From the IMG/VR virus record IMGVR_UViG_3300037467_001065, positions 1 through 42,694 of that record: a stretch of 42,694 nt of DNA. The stretch is one strand, 5' to 3'. Under the pieces are notes generated by a model. That model was not told the DNA's origin. It searched no databases and worked only from the letters and a program-made list of their open reading frames with translations. Shown here piece by piece: positions 30,869-39,668 of the stretch (its first letter is position 1; every line of letters starts with the position of its first letter). The position numbers and the translations under genes are program-made. This DNA comes from a virus (Duplodnaviria > Caudoviricetes).

Positions 30869-33585
30869 ATCTTCTCCATCTCGAGGCGGTAGCGGCTGAT
30901 GCCGAGCCGTGCCGTGCGGGTGCCGGCGGCGAGGGTCGCCGACAGCTGCAGGTCGTACACGGTGAACGGGTCGCGGACGAACGTCGGCGGGTTGACGTCG
31001 CCGACGGCTTCCGCTGGCAGGACGTCCACGCTGGCGCCCGCCAGGACGACCGGCGCGAGGACGTCGTCTGCGGTGGCGGCACCGACGAGCGGCGCCTGGA
31101 CGACGAGCCCGCCGGCAGGAGCTGGGGCGGGCACGTCCGCGGTGGCCGTGGCGGCGACGGCGTTGACGGCGCCGACCCTGCCGCCAGTCACGACCGGTGC
31201 AGGCACGGCGCCGGTCGCGGCAGCCGGGACCGCGGCGACGGACGCGTTCTGCACGGCCGACACCGCAGGGGCTGGGGCGGCGGCGGTGGCCGTGGCGACC
31301 TGCGCGTTGACGAGCCCGTCGACGGAGCCGTTGAGCGTCGGGCCGTATGCGTCCGCGAGGGCAGACGCGGCGACGGGTGTGACGGCCGCGCCGGTGACGA
31401 CGGTCGGAGCTGCGGCTGCCGCTGTCGCCGTGGCAGGGACGGCCGCGACGGACTGGCCGGCGTTGACGACGGGCGCGGGCACGTCGCCGGTGGCGGTGGC
31501 CAGAGCTGCGGCGTTGCTCACGCCGGCGGCCGTGGTCGGCGCGGAAACGGCCGCTGTGGCTGTCGCGGCGGTGGCCGTGACGGACTGGCCGGCGTTGACG
31601 GCCGGGGCTGCCACGTCGGCCGTGGCGGTTGCTGCTGTGGCTGTTACGGCTTGCCCGGCGAGCACTGTCGGGGCGAGCACGTCCGCGGTGGCGGTGATCG
31701 GTGCCGGGCCTGTCGTGACGATGGTCGCCGACACGGTCGGGGCCTGGACCCCAGCGGACGCGTCTGCGCGCACCGCGGCGACCTGCCCGAGCTGCGTGCC
31801 CGACACGCTCGGCGCGAGCACGTCCGCGGTGGCAGTCGCCGCGACATCCGCGACGAGAGCGCCGCCGGCGACTGCTGGTGCCGGTGCGCTGGCGGTCGTT
31901 GTGGCCGCTGGCGCGGTCGTCGACGCGTCCAGCCGGGCCGGGGTAAGCGCCAGCTGCAACGCCGTAGCGGAGGCTGTCGAGAAGTTCCACGTGGCGGTCT
32001 GCGCGTTCGTGGTGCCCGTGTTGATCATCGGCACAGTGCCGACGCCGATCGACCCGTTGAAGTTGCTCGTCGCGTACCTCGTCGCGCGCAGCACCGAGTC
32101 AGGCGACAGGGTGACCGACGACGGGAACCCGGTGGAGCCGCCCTTCATGGCCGTGACGGTCAGCGCGAGGCAGTTGCCTTGGGTCGTCGTGATCGCGGCC
32201 GCGTTCCAGGTCGTGGAGGCTGTGCCGCTCGAGGCGACCGCGCCGACGACATTGACGCCGCCCGCGTCGCTCCACCACGTGCCGAGCGCGACCGTGTTGT
32301 TCCCGGACGTCGGCGCCGTCGGGTAGTTCACCGTCGGGTTCGCGTCGCCTGCGGCGTACTTCTTGCCGTAGATGGCGATGCGGGCGTTGCCGCCGCCGAC
32401 AGTCGTATCGGCGAGGATCGTCGACCAGCCTGTCGGTGCAGTCGACGCGTTCGACCCGCCGCCCGCGAGGGTGACGATGATGCCGTAGTCGTCGACCTGC
32501 ACGGTGCCCGGGATGGTCAGGGTGATCGCTGGCACGGTCGAGGTGCCTTGCGCCCCGACGGACGCGCGCAGCGCAGGCTGCACAACCGCCGTGGTCGTCG
32601 GGGTGTTCATGGTCGCGGTCGCTGTCGCGACGACGGCTTGCACCTGCACAGGCGACCCGATCGACGGCGACGCCACGTCGGCGGTGGCCGCTGCGACAGT
32701 CGCCTGCACCAGTGCGCCGCCCGCCACCGACGGCACGCCGGCCGCGGCCGTGGCTGTCGCCGCGACGGCTTGCACCTGCGCCCTCGACGTGACCGTCGGG
32801 GCGAGCACCGCCGCAGTGGCCAGGGCGACCACAGCCAGTACAGCGGCCGCGCCCGTGACGACCGGGGATGCGGTGTCAGCGGTCGCGGTCGCGGCAGGCG
32901 GCCGGACGCCGGACTGCTCGCGGATCGTCGCGAACGCCATCACGCCCGCGCCGTTCGCGCCGACCGTCGTCGCCGAGTACGTCGGCGCGCCAGTGCCGCC
33001 CACGGTGACCGCGCCGTCGATGTGGCCGTAGTAGATCGTGTTCGTGCCGGTGCGGCCGCCGTAGCGGGCCGTCGTCGTCATCGTGACACCGGACTGGGTC
33101 AGCGTGATCCCGGACGCGCTCGCGCTGTACGAACCCGAGGGCGCCTTCGACGCGACATGGCACACGAGCCGGTCATCGACCGCCGACGTCTCCGACGACC
33201 CCGACCCGGTGAACGCCGTGCTCGTGGTGTCGGTGTCGGTGCCGAACGTGAGCTGCTGCGCGAGCAGCGTGTTCCCGGCGGTGGCCGGCGTGTAGCAGGA
33301 GATGCTCGCCTCGCCGACCGTCCCGGACGTGAACCCCGACACGGTGACGGTGCCCGTCTCCGTGCCCGCCGCGGTCTTCCAGAACACGTGGATGCGCATG
33401 CCGCCGGCCGCCGAGCTCGACCCCCAGAGGGTCCAGCCCGACGGCGTCGACGGCACCGCGGAGGAGTCAGACGACGCCGCCAGGAACAGGAAGTCGCCGG
33501 CGGTGATCCCTGCCGGGTACGCGGGCACGCTGGAGGTGGAGACGGCGGCCGCGCCGCCCTGCGCGACATACCCGGGCGCAGCCAC
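30865..33585 (-). CDS. large Ala/Thr/Val-repeat virion protein (fibre/minor tail)
   Basis: 906 aa; two similar 'P.G...GD......P.GW' beta domains separated and followed by ~22-aa 'ATATADVxAPxV' repeats. Confidence 0.75.
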   Translation of the reverse strand: MAAPGYVAQGGAAAVSTSSVPAYPAGITAGDFLFLAASSDSSAVPSTPSGWTLWGSSSAAGGMRIHVFWKTAAGTETGTVTVSGFTSGTVGEASISCYTPATAGNTLLAQQLTFGTDTDTTSTAFTGSGSSETSAVDDRLVCHVASKAPSGSYSASASGITLTQSGVTMTTTARYGGRTGTNTIYYGHIDGAVTVGGTGAPTYSATTVGANGAGVMAFATIREQSGVRPPAATATADTASPVVTGAAAVLAVVALATAAVLAPTVTSRAQVQAVAATATAAAGVPSVAGGALVQATVAAATADVASPSIGSPVQVQAVVATATATMNTPTTTAVVQPALRASVGAQGTSTVPAITLTIPGTVQVDDYGIIVTLAGGGSNASTAPTGWSTILADTTVGGGNARIAIYGKKYAAGDANPTVNYPTAPTSGNNTVALGTWWSDAGGVNVVGAVASSGTASTTWNAAAITTTQGNCLALTVTAMKGGSTGFPSSVTLSPDSVLRATRYATSNFNGSIGVGTVPMINTGTTNAQTATWNFSTASATALQLALTPARLDASTTAPAATTTASAPAPAVAGGALVADVAATATADVLAPSVSGTQLGQVAAVRADASAGVQAPTVSATIVTTGPAPITATADVLAPTVLAGQAVTATAATATADVAAPAVNAGQSVTATAATATAAVSAPTTAAGVSNAAALATATGDVPAPVVNAGQSVAAVPATATAAAAAPTVVTGAAVTPVAASALADAYGPTLNGSVDGLVNAQVATATAAAPAPAVSAVQNASVAAVPAAATGAVPAPVVTGGRVGAVNAVAATATADVPAPAPAGGLVVQAPLVGAATADDVLAPVVLAGASVDVLPAEAVGDVNPPTFVRDPFTVYDLQLSATLAAGTRTARLGISRYRLEMEKI

Positions 33586-33586
33586 G

Positions 33587-34822
33587 TCAGGCCATCGAGG
33601 AGTCGGGGCAGTAGTACGTGTAGGTGCCGGAACCGGCAGTCGCCGTCGTCGACACCTTCGGCCGGTTCGACCAGGTCGCCGACTCGTTGAGCCGCTTCGT
33701 CGAGCCGAGCACGCTGAGCCGGCCGCCGTTGTGGTCGATGGCGTTCGCGGTGGCCATGTTCTGCCCGTAGAAGTTGCAGCCGATCATCGTGACCTCCCCG
33801 CCGTTGATCTGCACGAGCCCGTCCTCGGCGACGTCGGGGTTGTCCATGCCCTGCCCGATGTGCGTGCCGTAGAACATGCAGGCGCCGTCGTCGATGCGGA
33901 TCACGGTGCCCGGCGCGGGCCCCGACAACAGCCCGTTGACGCGGGTCGGCTTGTAGCCCTCGTAGACGCCGCCATAGAACGACATGACGGAGGACGTGCC
34001 GGTGACGCGGATGCCGCGCCAGCCGTTGAGCGCCGAGCAGTAGATGTAGCCGACGTTCGTGTTCGTCATCGACTGGAAGTTCATCTGGTACGAGTTGCCG
34101 GCGTAGGTGCCCGTCTGGGCGCTGCTCGCCGACGGGCCGATGTTGACGTAGCCGCCCATCCACAGCGAGTTGTCGGAGCCGCCGACCGTCAGTTGCGAGT
34201 CCCAGAGGTTGTTCATCGTCCACACGCCGGTGAGGTTCACCTGCGTGAACCCGGCCTGCCGGTCCTTACGCCCGAACACGGCGCGCATGAAGTTGAACGA
34301 CAGCGACCGGAACTCGCACGCGTACAGCGTGCCGCCGCTGACCGGGTGGTCGAGGAACTGGTGCGTCGAGGCGCCCGAGCTGCCCTGCACCGCGAAATCG
34401 GACATGAACACGTCGTAGATCGAGCCGGTGCCGTTCCACCACGACGCCGTGCCAGAGGTGATCGTGCCGCCGAGCGTGATCTCCGGGCCGACGTAGTTAC
34501 CCGACGCCAGCTCGGGGTTCTTCTGCCCGGAACGGAACGCGCCGATGACCTTCAACCCCGAGTACAGGGTGCGCGGGGTCGTGAACGACAGCGGCCGGTT
34601 CGGCAGGATGATCGGCGGCATGTTCGTCCCGCCCGACGCCTGCTGGTCGGCGATCGCGGACGTCAGCCGCGCGTCGTCCGTGCCCGTGTAGCGGGGCGAG
34701 TCCAGGTAGAACCCGCCCGACGAGATCATGTCGGCCTTGTCGGACACGAAGTTGATGCCGTCGTTGAGGGTCGTTGCCCATCCGGTGGAACCGGCGGTGG
34801 GAAGGGTTGGCCGGTCGACCAT
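33587..34822 (-). CDS. minor tail protein, beta-helix/depolymerase-like
   Basis: 411 aa; N-terminal 'LPTAGSTGWATTLN', 'GTDDARLTSAI' cap, then Gly/Asn/Ser-rich beta strands. Confidence 0.65.
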   Translation of the reverse strand: MVDRPTLPTAGSTGWATTLNDGINFVSDKADMISSGGFYLDSPRYTGTDDARLTSAIADQQASGGTNMPPIILPNRPLSFTTPRTLYSGLKVIGAFRSGQKNPELASGNYVGPEITLGGTITSGTASWWNGTGSIYDVFMSDFAVQGSSGASTHQFLDHPVSGGTLYACEFRSLSFNFMRAVFGRKDRQAGFTQVNLTGVWTMNNLWDSQLTVGGSDNSLWMGGYVNIGPSASSAQTGTYAGNSYQMNFQSMTNTNVGYIYCSALNGWRGIRVTGTSSVMSFYGGVYEGYKPTRVNGLLSGPAPGTVIRIDDGACMFYGTHIGQGMDNPDVAEDGLVQINGGEVTMIGCNFYGQNMATANAIDHNGGRLSVLGSTKRLNESATWSNRPKVSTTATAGSGTYTYYCPDSSMA

Positions 34823-34858
34823 GTCATCCTCCGAAGGGTGAGAGCGGGCGGGTCACGT

Positions 34859-35092
34859 TCAGTCGCCGTATGGGGTCACGCCGTAGGGGTTCTGCCCGTA
34901 TCCGGGCGGGCCCGTCGTGACGGCGGGTGCGATGACGTCCGCAGTCGCCAGCGCGGCCAGCGCGGGCGTGCTGACGCCGAGGCCCGGGCTGACGGCCGCT
35001 GCTGTTGCGGCGGCCGCCACTGCCAGAACCGGAGAGCTCGGGTCGACTGTGAAGCGATCCCGGACCCGAGTCGCAGAGACCGTGATCGCCAT
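34859..35092 (-). CDS. small virion protein
   Basis: 77 aa; shares the 'ATADVIAPAV' repeat with the 906-aa protein; ends 'GYGQNPYGVTPYG'. Confidence 0.6.
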   Translation of the reverse strand: MAITVSATRVRDRFTVDPSSPVLAVAAAATAAAVSPGLGVSTPALAALATADVIAPAVTTGPPGYGQNPYGVTPYGD

Positions 35093-35096
35093 CGGA

Positions 35097-35534
35097 TCAG
35101 GAGACCGTGACGGTGGCGATGCCCGCGGAGTCCCAGATGATGTCGAAGGACCCGCCCGAGGAGACGACGTCGGCGCCGAAGTCGATGTACGCGATGAGGG
35201 GCCTCGTCGCGTCCGTCGCCGGGGTCGAGTCGTAGATGACCGCGTAGCGTGCGGTGATCGTCGACGCCGGCCACGACACGTCAGCGCCGTCGAGCATGAG
35301 GACGTTCGTCGCGCCCGTGTAGGTCAGGGTCGGCGTGCCGAGGGTGGCGCCGCCGGCGGTGTAGCCGGTGCCCGTCACCTCGTTCGTCACGGACGACTTG
35401 TACTGGTGGGTGTCCTGGTTGGGGGTGTACGTCGACGTGCACAGCATCACCTTGATCGTGTCGCTGTTGAAGTCGATCTCCTTGTTCCATGCGGACTGGT
35501 GGGCGAGCCCGTAGAACTTGCCGGAAACAGCCAT
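35097..35534 (-). CDS. virion structural protein (minor tail)
   Basis: 145 aa; 'DTIKVML', 'NEVTGTGYTAGG.TL', 'ITARYAVIY', 'LIAYIDFG' conserved siphovirus pattern. Confidence 0.8.
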   Translation of the reverse strand: MAVSGKFYGLAHQSAWNKEIDFNSDTIKVMLCTSTYTPNQDTHQYKSSVTNEVTGTGYTAGGATLGTPTLTYTGATNVLMLDGADVSWPASTITARYAVIYDSTPATDATRPLIAYIDFGADVVSSGGSFDIIWDSAGIATVTVS

Positions 35535-35606
35535 GGTGATCTCCTATTTCTGTGCAGGGTGAGGCGACCCGCGGCCGGTCGTGGCCCGGGGGACAGGGGG
35601 GTTGGT

Positions 35607-36467
35607 TCAGGCGCCGAGCTTGGCGCTGAGAGCTGCGACGACGGCCGCGGCGACCTGCTCGGGTGTCGCGCCGGGCGCCGCAGCGGCGGCGGCCGTGGTG
35701 ACCGCCTGCTCGAGTGCCGGCTTGAGGTAGCCGAACAGGTCTCGGGCGACGGCGGCCTCGTCGATGTCGACGCCGATCTGCTTCGCCATGGCGGCGGTTC
35801 GCAGGTCGGTCGCGACGATCCGCGCCCACATGCCGTAGAGCGCCTCGTCGACGGGCGTCGGGTTGCCGTTGCCGGGATCTTGAACTGTCATGCCCATGAG
35901 CGGGTTCTCCTGCTTCTCGATCAGCGCGATCTGTTCCTTGGCCCAGGTGATGCCCTGCTGCCACGTCCGATACACCTTCGGGTCCGGGTACTCGTCCCGG
36001 CCGCCGTAGCCCCACATGCCCGCGTAGGCGGTGCCGGGCGCGCCCTGCCCGAGGCCGTTATATCCGCGCTTCTGCGCGAGGATCTGGTACGCGGCCGGGG
36101 CGTTGTGCGGGCAGCCGGTGAGCACACCGTGGTGATGCGACCGCGTGAAGCCCTGCGCCACCGTGCGGCCCCACGCTGCCGGTGCGCCCATCTCCCGGGC
36201 CACGGCGATGTGTGCCGGGCTCGTCTGGTACAGCAGGTCGTAGACGCCGCCCTGCGAGTGGGTGCCGCCTGAGGCAGCCGCCCCACCGGTCAACTGCCAG
36301 ATGTCGATGTTGCTCTGGATGAGCCCCATGGCCTTCAGCAACTGCTGGTAGACCGGCAGCCACGCCCGGAGGCAGTCGCAGCCCACCCACCTGTTGCCGT
36401 AGGCGTCGGTGTACCAGCCGTAGCCGGGAGTCGATGCGGTGGGGAGTGTGGTGGTTGTGCCGCCCAT
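35607..36467 (-). CDS. endolysin, Zn-peptidase (M15-like)
   Basis: 286 aa from MGGTTTT; 'ASGGTHSQGGVYD' (SxH-x6-D-like), 'AWGR', 'HHH'; amphipathic C-terminal 'VAAAVVAALSAKL' tail typical of actinophage lysins. Confidence 0.75.
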   Translation of the reverse strand: MGGTTTTLPTASTPGYGWYTDAYGNRWVGCDCLRAWLPVYQQLLKAMGLIQSNIDIWQLTGGAAASGGTHSQGGVYDLLYQTSPAHIAVAREMGAPAAWGRTVAQGFTRSHHHGVLTGCPHNAPAAYQILAQKRGYNGLGQGAPGTAYAGMWGYGGRDEYPDPKVYRTWQQGITWAKEQIALIEKQENPLMGMTVQDPGNGNPTPVDEALYGMWARIVATDLRTAAMAKQIGVDIDEAAVARDLFGYLKPALEQAVTTAAAAAAPGATPEQVAAAVVAALSAKLGA

Positions 36468-36471
36468 TCGT

Positions 36472-36744
36472 TCAGCCTCCGAGGATCTTCGTCGCGGCGG
36501 CCGCGCCACCGCCTGCGATCAGCGCTACGGCGCCGGCGACCTGCCACATGCGCCGCTCGATCCCGCGGATGCGCGTCTCGTGGTCGCGGACGTCCGAGCG
36601 GATGTCTGACAGCGCCGGGTCGACAGTGTTGGCGAGCTTCTCCACCGACGCGTGCATCGCCCGGATCTCGGCGTACATCTGCGAGGGCGTGATGATGACC
36701 GAGCCCTCCGGGATCGGCGAGGGGCCCAGGTCCGGCGCGGTCAT
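36472..36744 (-). CDS. membrane protein adjacent to lysin (XhlA/holin-like)
   Basis: 90 aa; 'DHETRIRGIERRMW' followed by one C-terminal TM segment. Confidence 0.7.
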   Translation of the reverse strand: MTAPDLGPSPIPEGSVIITPSQMYAEIRAMHASVEKLANTVDPALSDIRSDVRDHETRIRGIERRMWQVAGAVALIAGGGAAAATKILGG

Positions 36745-37286
36745 GACGAGATCCAGCGGAACCGCAGGAACGTCAGGCCGGCACCGCCGACCGTGTTGAG
36801 GTTGCCGCCGCTGGTCTGCGTCGCCCGCACCTCGATGTAGTCACCGGCCGCGAGCGCGTAGACGATGGGTGGCGTGCTGGCGTCCGTCGACGAACCGCCG
36901 CCGACCGGAGTCACCTGCGCCGTCACGAGGTCAGTCGCCCCGTTGAGCCGCAACGCGACCACGCGGATCCCCGCGCTCGAGGAGCCGTTGAACCGGACCT
37001 GCCCGACCATCTCGTATTTGCCGGCGGTGCGGCACACGAGCCGGGTGTTGTTCGTGACGTTGTCGTGCGATGGGGAGTCGCCCGACTGCACGACGTCGAA
37101 CGTCTCCGCGTCGAGGTTGATCGCAGTCGCGACGGACGTCGTCAGCGTCTGCGCGGCCGTCGCGTAGGCCGAACACTGCGGCGGCGTCTCGAGGAAGTTC
37201 AGCACGTCGCGCAGCAGGTTCAGCTTCGCTGCGACACCGGTCGACTCACCCGGCGCGAACGTGGGTGCGGTTGGCACGGTTCCCAC
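36741..37286 (-). CDS. minor tail protein (C1q/TNF-like)
   Basis: 181 aa; 'AAKLN..RD', 'TAGKY', 'LAAGDYIEV...QTSG'. Confidence 0.75.
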   Translation of the reverse strand: MGTVPTAPTFAPGESTGVAAKLNLLRDVLNFLETPPQCSAYATAAQTLTTSVATAINLDAETFDVVQSGDSPSHDNVTNNTRLVCRTAGKYEMVGQVRFNGSSSAGIRVVALRLNGATDLVTAQVTPVGGGSSTDASTPPIVYALAAGDYIEVRATQTSGGNLNTVGGAGLTFLRFRWISS

Positions 37287-37298
37287 AAGGGTCTCCTG

Positions 37299-39668
37299 TC
37301 AGTAGGCGAGCGGGTAGGAGTCGAGGACGCCGTACGTCGTGTCGTCGAGGATCAGCGCGACCATGTGCTCGTACGGGGTGGCGTTCACGGTGATCGTCCA
37401 TACGTCCGGCGTGATCGTCTCCGCGTAGCCCTGCACCGCCTGGTTCAGCGTCGACGTCGGCGCCTGCGACGGCATGCCCGTCACGGACACCCGCGCCCCG
37501 ATGTCGACCGCCGAGCGGATACTCGGCGAGTAGGTGGCGTCGGTCAGTGCGTCCAGGTCCAGCCCAGAGAACCGCGTCCGCGGCTCGCTGCGCGTGTTGA
37601 GCCGCCACGCGACCGCGTCCCGCACGTCGTCATCCGACGTCGTCACGATGTCGAGATCCTCCGTCAGCGGCCCGTTCGTGTCGACCGACGTCTGGTCGAC
37701 CATCCGCACCGTCGCGCCGCCATCACGAGAGCCCGTGATGATGTTGCGCACCAGCTGCAGGTTCTTCGTCAACCGCGCACCCGCGCCGAGCATCCGAGAC
37801 GGCACAGTCACCGCAGGCGCCGTCGACGCGTACGAGCGGGCCCGGTTGTGGAACGTGAGCCGCCCGTCAGCGCCCGGGAACAGCAGCCCGGCCTCCGTCG
37901 CCTCGATCTTGCGCATGTAGTCCAGCGGCGACATGCCCGTCGTGTCGATGTGCCCGACGCTCGTCGAGTTGCCGACGTCGAAGTTGCACCGCGCGGCCGG
38001 CAGCCCGATCCACGACGCGACCCGCGACAGCCGCTCATCCGACCGCTCGCCGGCGAACCCCGTCGTGAGCGCCTCCCGATGGTCGGCGATGCTGCCCGCC
38101 GACAGCGGCGTCGAGTAGGCGGCGACATGCGACAGGGTGCCCGTGAACGCCTGTGTGCCCGGCACGCCACCGATCGTCAGCTGCGTAAACGGTGTCACCG
38201 CCGCAGGAGCCAGAGGCGCGCTGCTGCCCTCCAGCGCACCGTCGACGTACAAGCTCAACGTGACAGCGGAACCGTCACCCGAGAGGACAGCCGCCAGGTG
38301 ATGCGTGAGCCCGTCGTTGAGCGCGGTCCCGCCGACGACCGTCGCCAGCGTCCGCAGCCCGTCCTTCCACACCGCATACGGCTCGCCCGGGGCCGCGTTG
38401 AACCCGATGCTCAGGCGCGTCCCGAACGCGTCCGACAGGGTCGCCGCCGTGTTGTCCAGGACCGACGTCGTCGCCGCGTTCGCCTCGAGCGTCAACCCGC
38501 CCGTATACCCGGACACGCCGACCGTCGGGACGCCACCGCCGAGCATCTTCCCATTCGCCAGAGACGCCGCCGCCAGCGTCAGCGCCGTCCCGCCATCCGT
38601 CGGCGCACCCGTCGCATCACCGAACACCAGGGTGCCGCCCGAGCCGATCTGCTGCACCGAGAGCACCACCGGCACGTCGCTGTACACCGACGACACCTGC
38701 GTCGAGTCCGCCTTCTCCGCGAGGGGGAAGTGCACGACCGGAACATCCAGCGCGAACGTCTCCTCGACGACCGACCGCAGCTTCTGACGGGCCCCGATCC
38801 GCGAGAACATGTCCGCCGCCGTGATCGAGGACTGGCTGTAGTTCTGCGTGCCGCCCGGCCACTCGATCGGCCACTCGTCGACGTACCCGTCGAACCGGGA
38901 CAGGATCACCGTGGACGCCTGCGACGTCGTGAACGTGCCCAGCGTCGACCCCTCGTCGAGCATGACGGCGTCGACCCACGTCTGCTGCCCAGCCGTCGAG
39001 CTCGTCGTGCACGACACGTACAGAAGGTGGCTCACCGCCGTGGCCGTGAACGTGATGGTGATCGTCGCGAACGCGTTCTTCGTCGACGTCGCCGTGCCGG
39101 CACCGACCGACGCGACCCGCAGCTGGATGTCGGGGACGCCGGTCGCCGACCACACTCGGGCGCGGGCCGTGTAGGTGCGGCCGATGGTCAGCCCCGACAC
39201 GGTGATCCCGCCGTACGAGGCGGTCGCGGCCGCCGTCGGCCACGTGATCCGCAGCGCCTTCGTGCCCACGTCGGCGTGCGTCGTGTCGTTCGCGACAGCG
39301 GCCCCACCGGACGCGACCCACGAGCCGACAGTGCCGCCCTCGAATGATGCGTTCTCCGCGGACAGCATGTTGTACGCGCCGCGCGTCGACATGCTCCGGT
39401 GCGTCAGCCGGCACCGCCGCTGCGGCAGCACATACGGGTAGTAGGGCGAGCTCGAGTCGTCCGGTGTCAGCGCCCCGTCGGTGTTGTCGAGGGTCACCCC
39501 GGCCGTGCCCGTCTGCGCGATGTCGTACTCGTCCTCACGGCCGCGGCGCACCGTCACGCCCGCTTCGAGGTCGAGCCGCGACGTCAGGTCAACCCACGCC
39601 GGCGTCGCATCGTCAGGGTTCGTCGCGAACGCCACCTCGAACCGGAGACCGTCGGATGCCGAGGTCAT
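37299..39668 (-). CDS. minor tail/baseplate protein with carbohydrate-binding (CBM4/9-like) and LamG-like inserts
   Basis: 789 aa from MTSASDG; 'RRGR...TLDNTDG.LTP', 'NASFEGG..GSW', 'LNDGLTHH', 'LYVDG'; follows tape measure. Confidence 0.8.
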   Translation of the reverse strand: MTSASDGLRFEVAFATNPDDATPAWVDLTSRLDLEAGVTVRRGREDEYDIAQTGTAGVTLDNTDGALTPDDSSSPYYPYVLPQRRCRLTHRSMSTRGAYNMLSAENASFEGGTVGSWVASGGAAVANDTTHADVGTKALRITWPTAAATASYGGITVSGLTIGRTYTARARVWSATGVPDIQLRVASVGAGTATSTKNAFATITITFTATAVSHLLYVSCTTSSTAGQQTWVDAVMLDEGSTLGTFTTSQASTVILSRFDGYVDEWPIEWPGGTQNYSQSSITAADMFSRIGARQKLRSVVEETFALDVPVVHFPLAEKADSTQVSSVYSDVPVVLSVQQIGSGGTLVFGDATGAPTDGGTALTLAAASLANGKMLGGGVPTVGVSGYTGGLTLEANAATTSVLDNTAATLSDAFGTRLSIGFNAAPGEPYAVWKDGLRTLATVVGGTALNDGLTHHLAAVLSGDGSAVTLSLYVDGALEGSSAPLAPAAVTPFTQLTIGGVPGTQAFTGTLSHVAAYSTPLSAGSIADHREALTTGFAGERSDERLSRVASWIGLPAARCNFDVGNSTSVGHIDTTGMSPLDYMRKIEATEAGLLFPGADGRLTFHNRARSYASTAPAVTVPSRMLGAGARLTKNLQLVRNIITGSRDGGATVRMVDQTSVDTNGPLTEDLDIVTTSDDDVRDAVAWRLNTRSEPRTRFSGLDLDALTDATYSPSIRSAVDIGARVSVTGMPSQAPTSTLNQAVQGYAETITPDVWTITVNATPYEHMVALILDDTTYGVLDSYPLAY

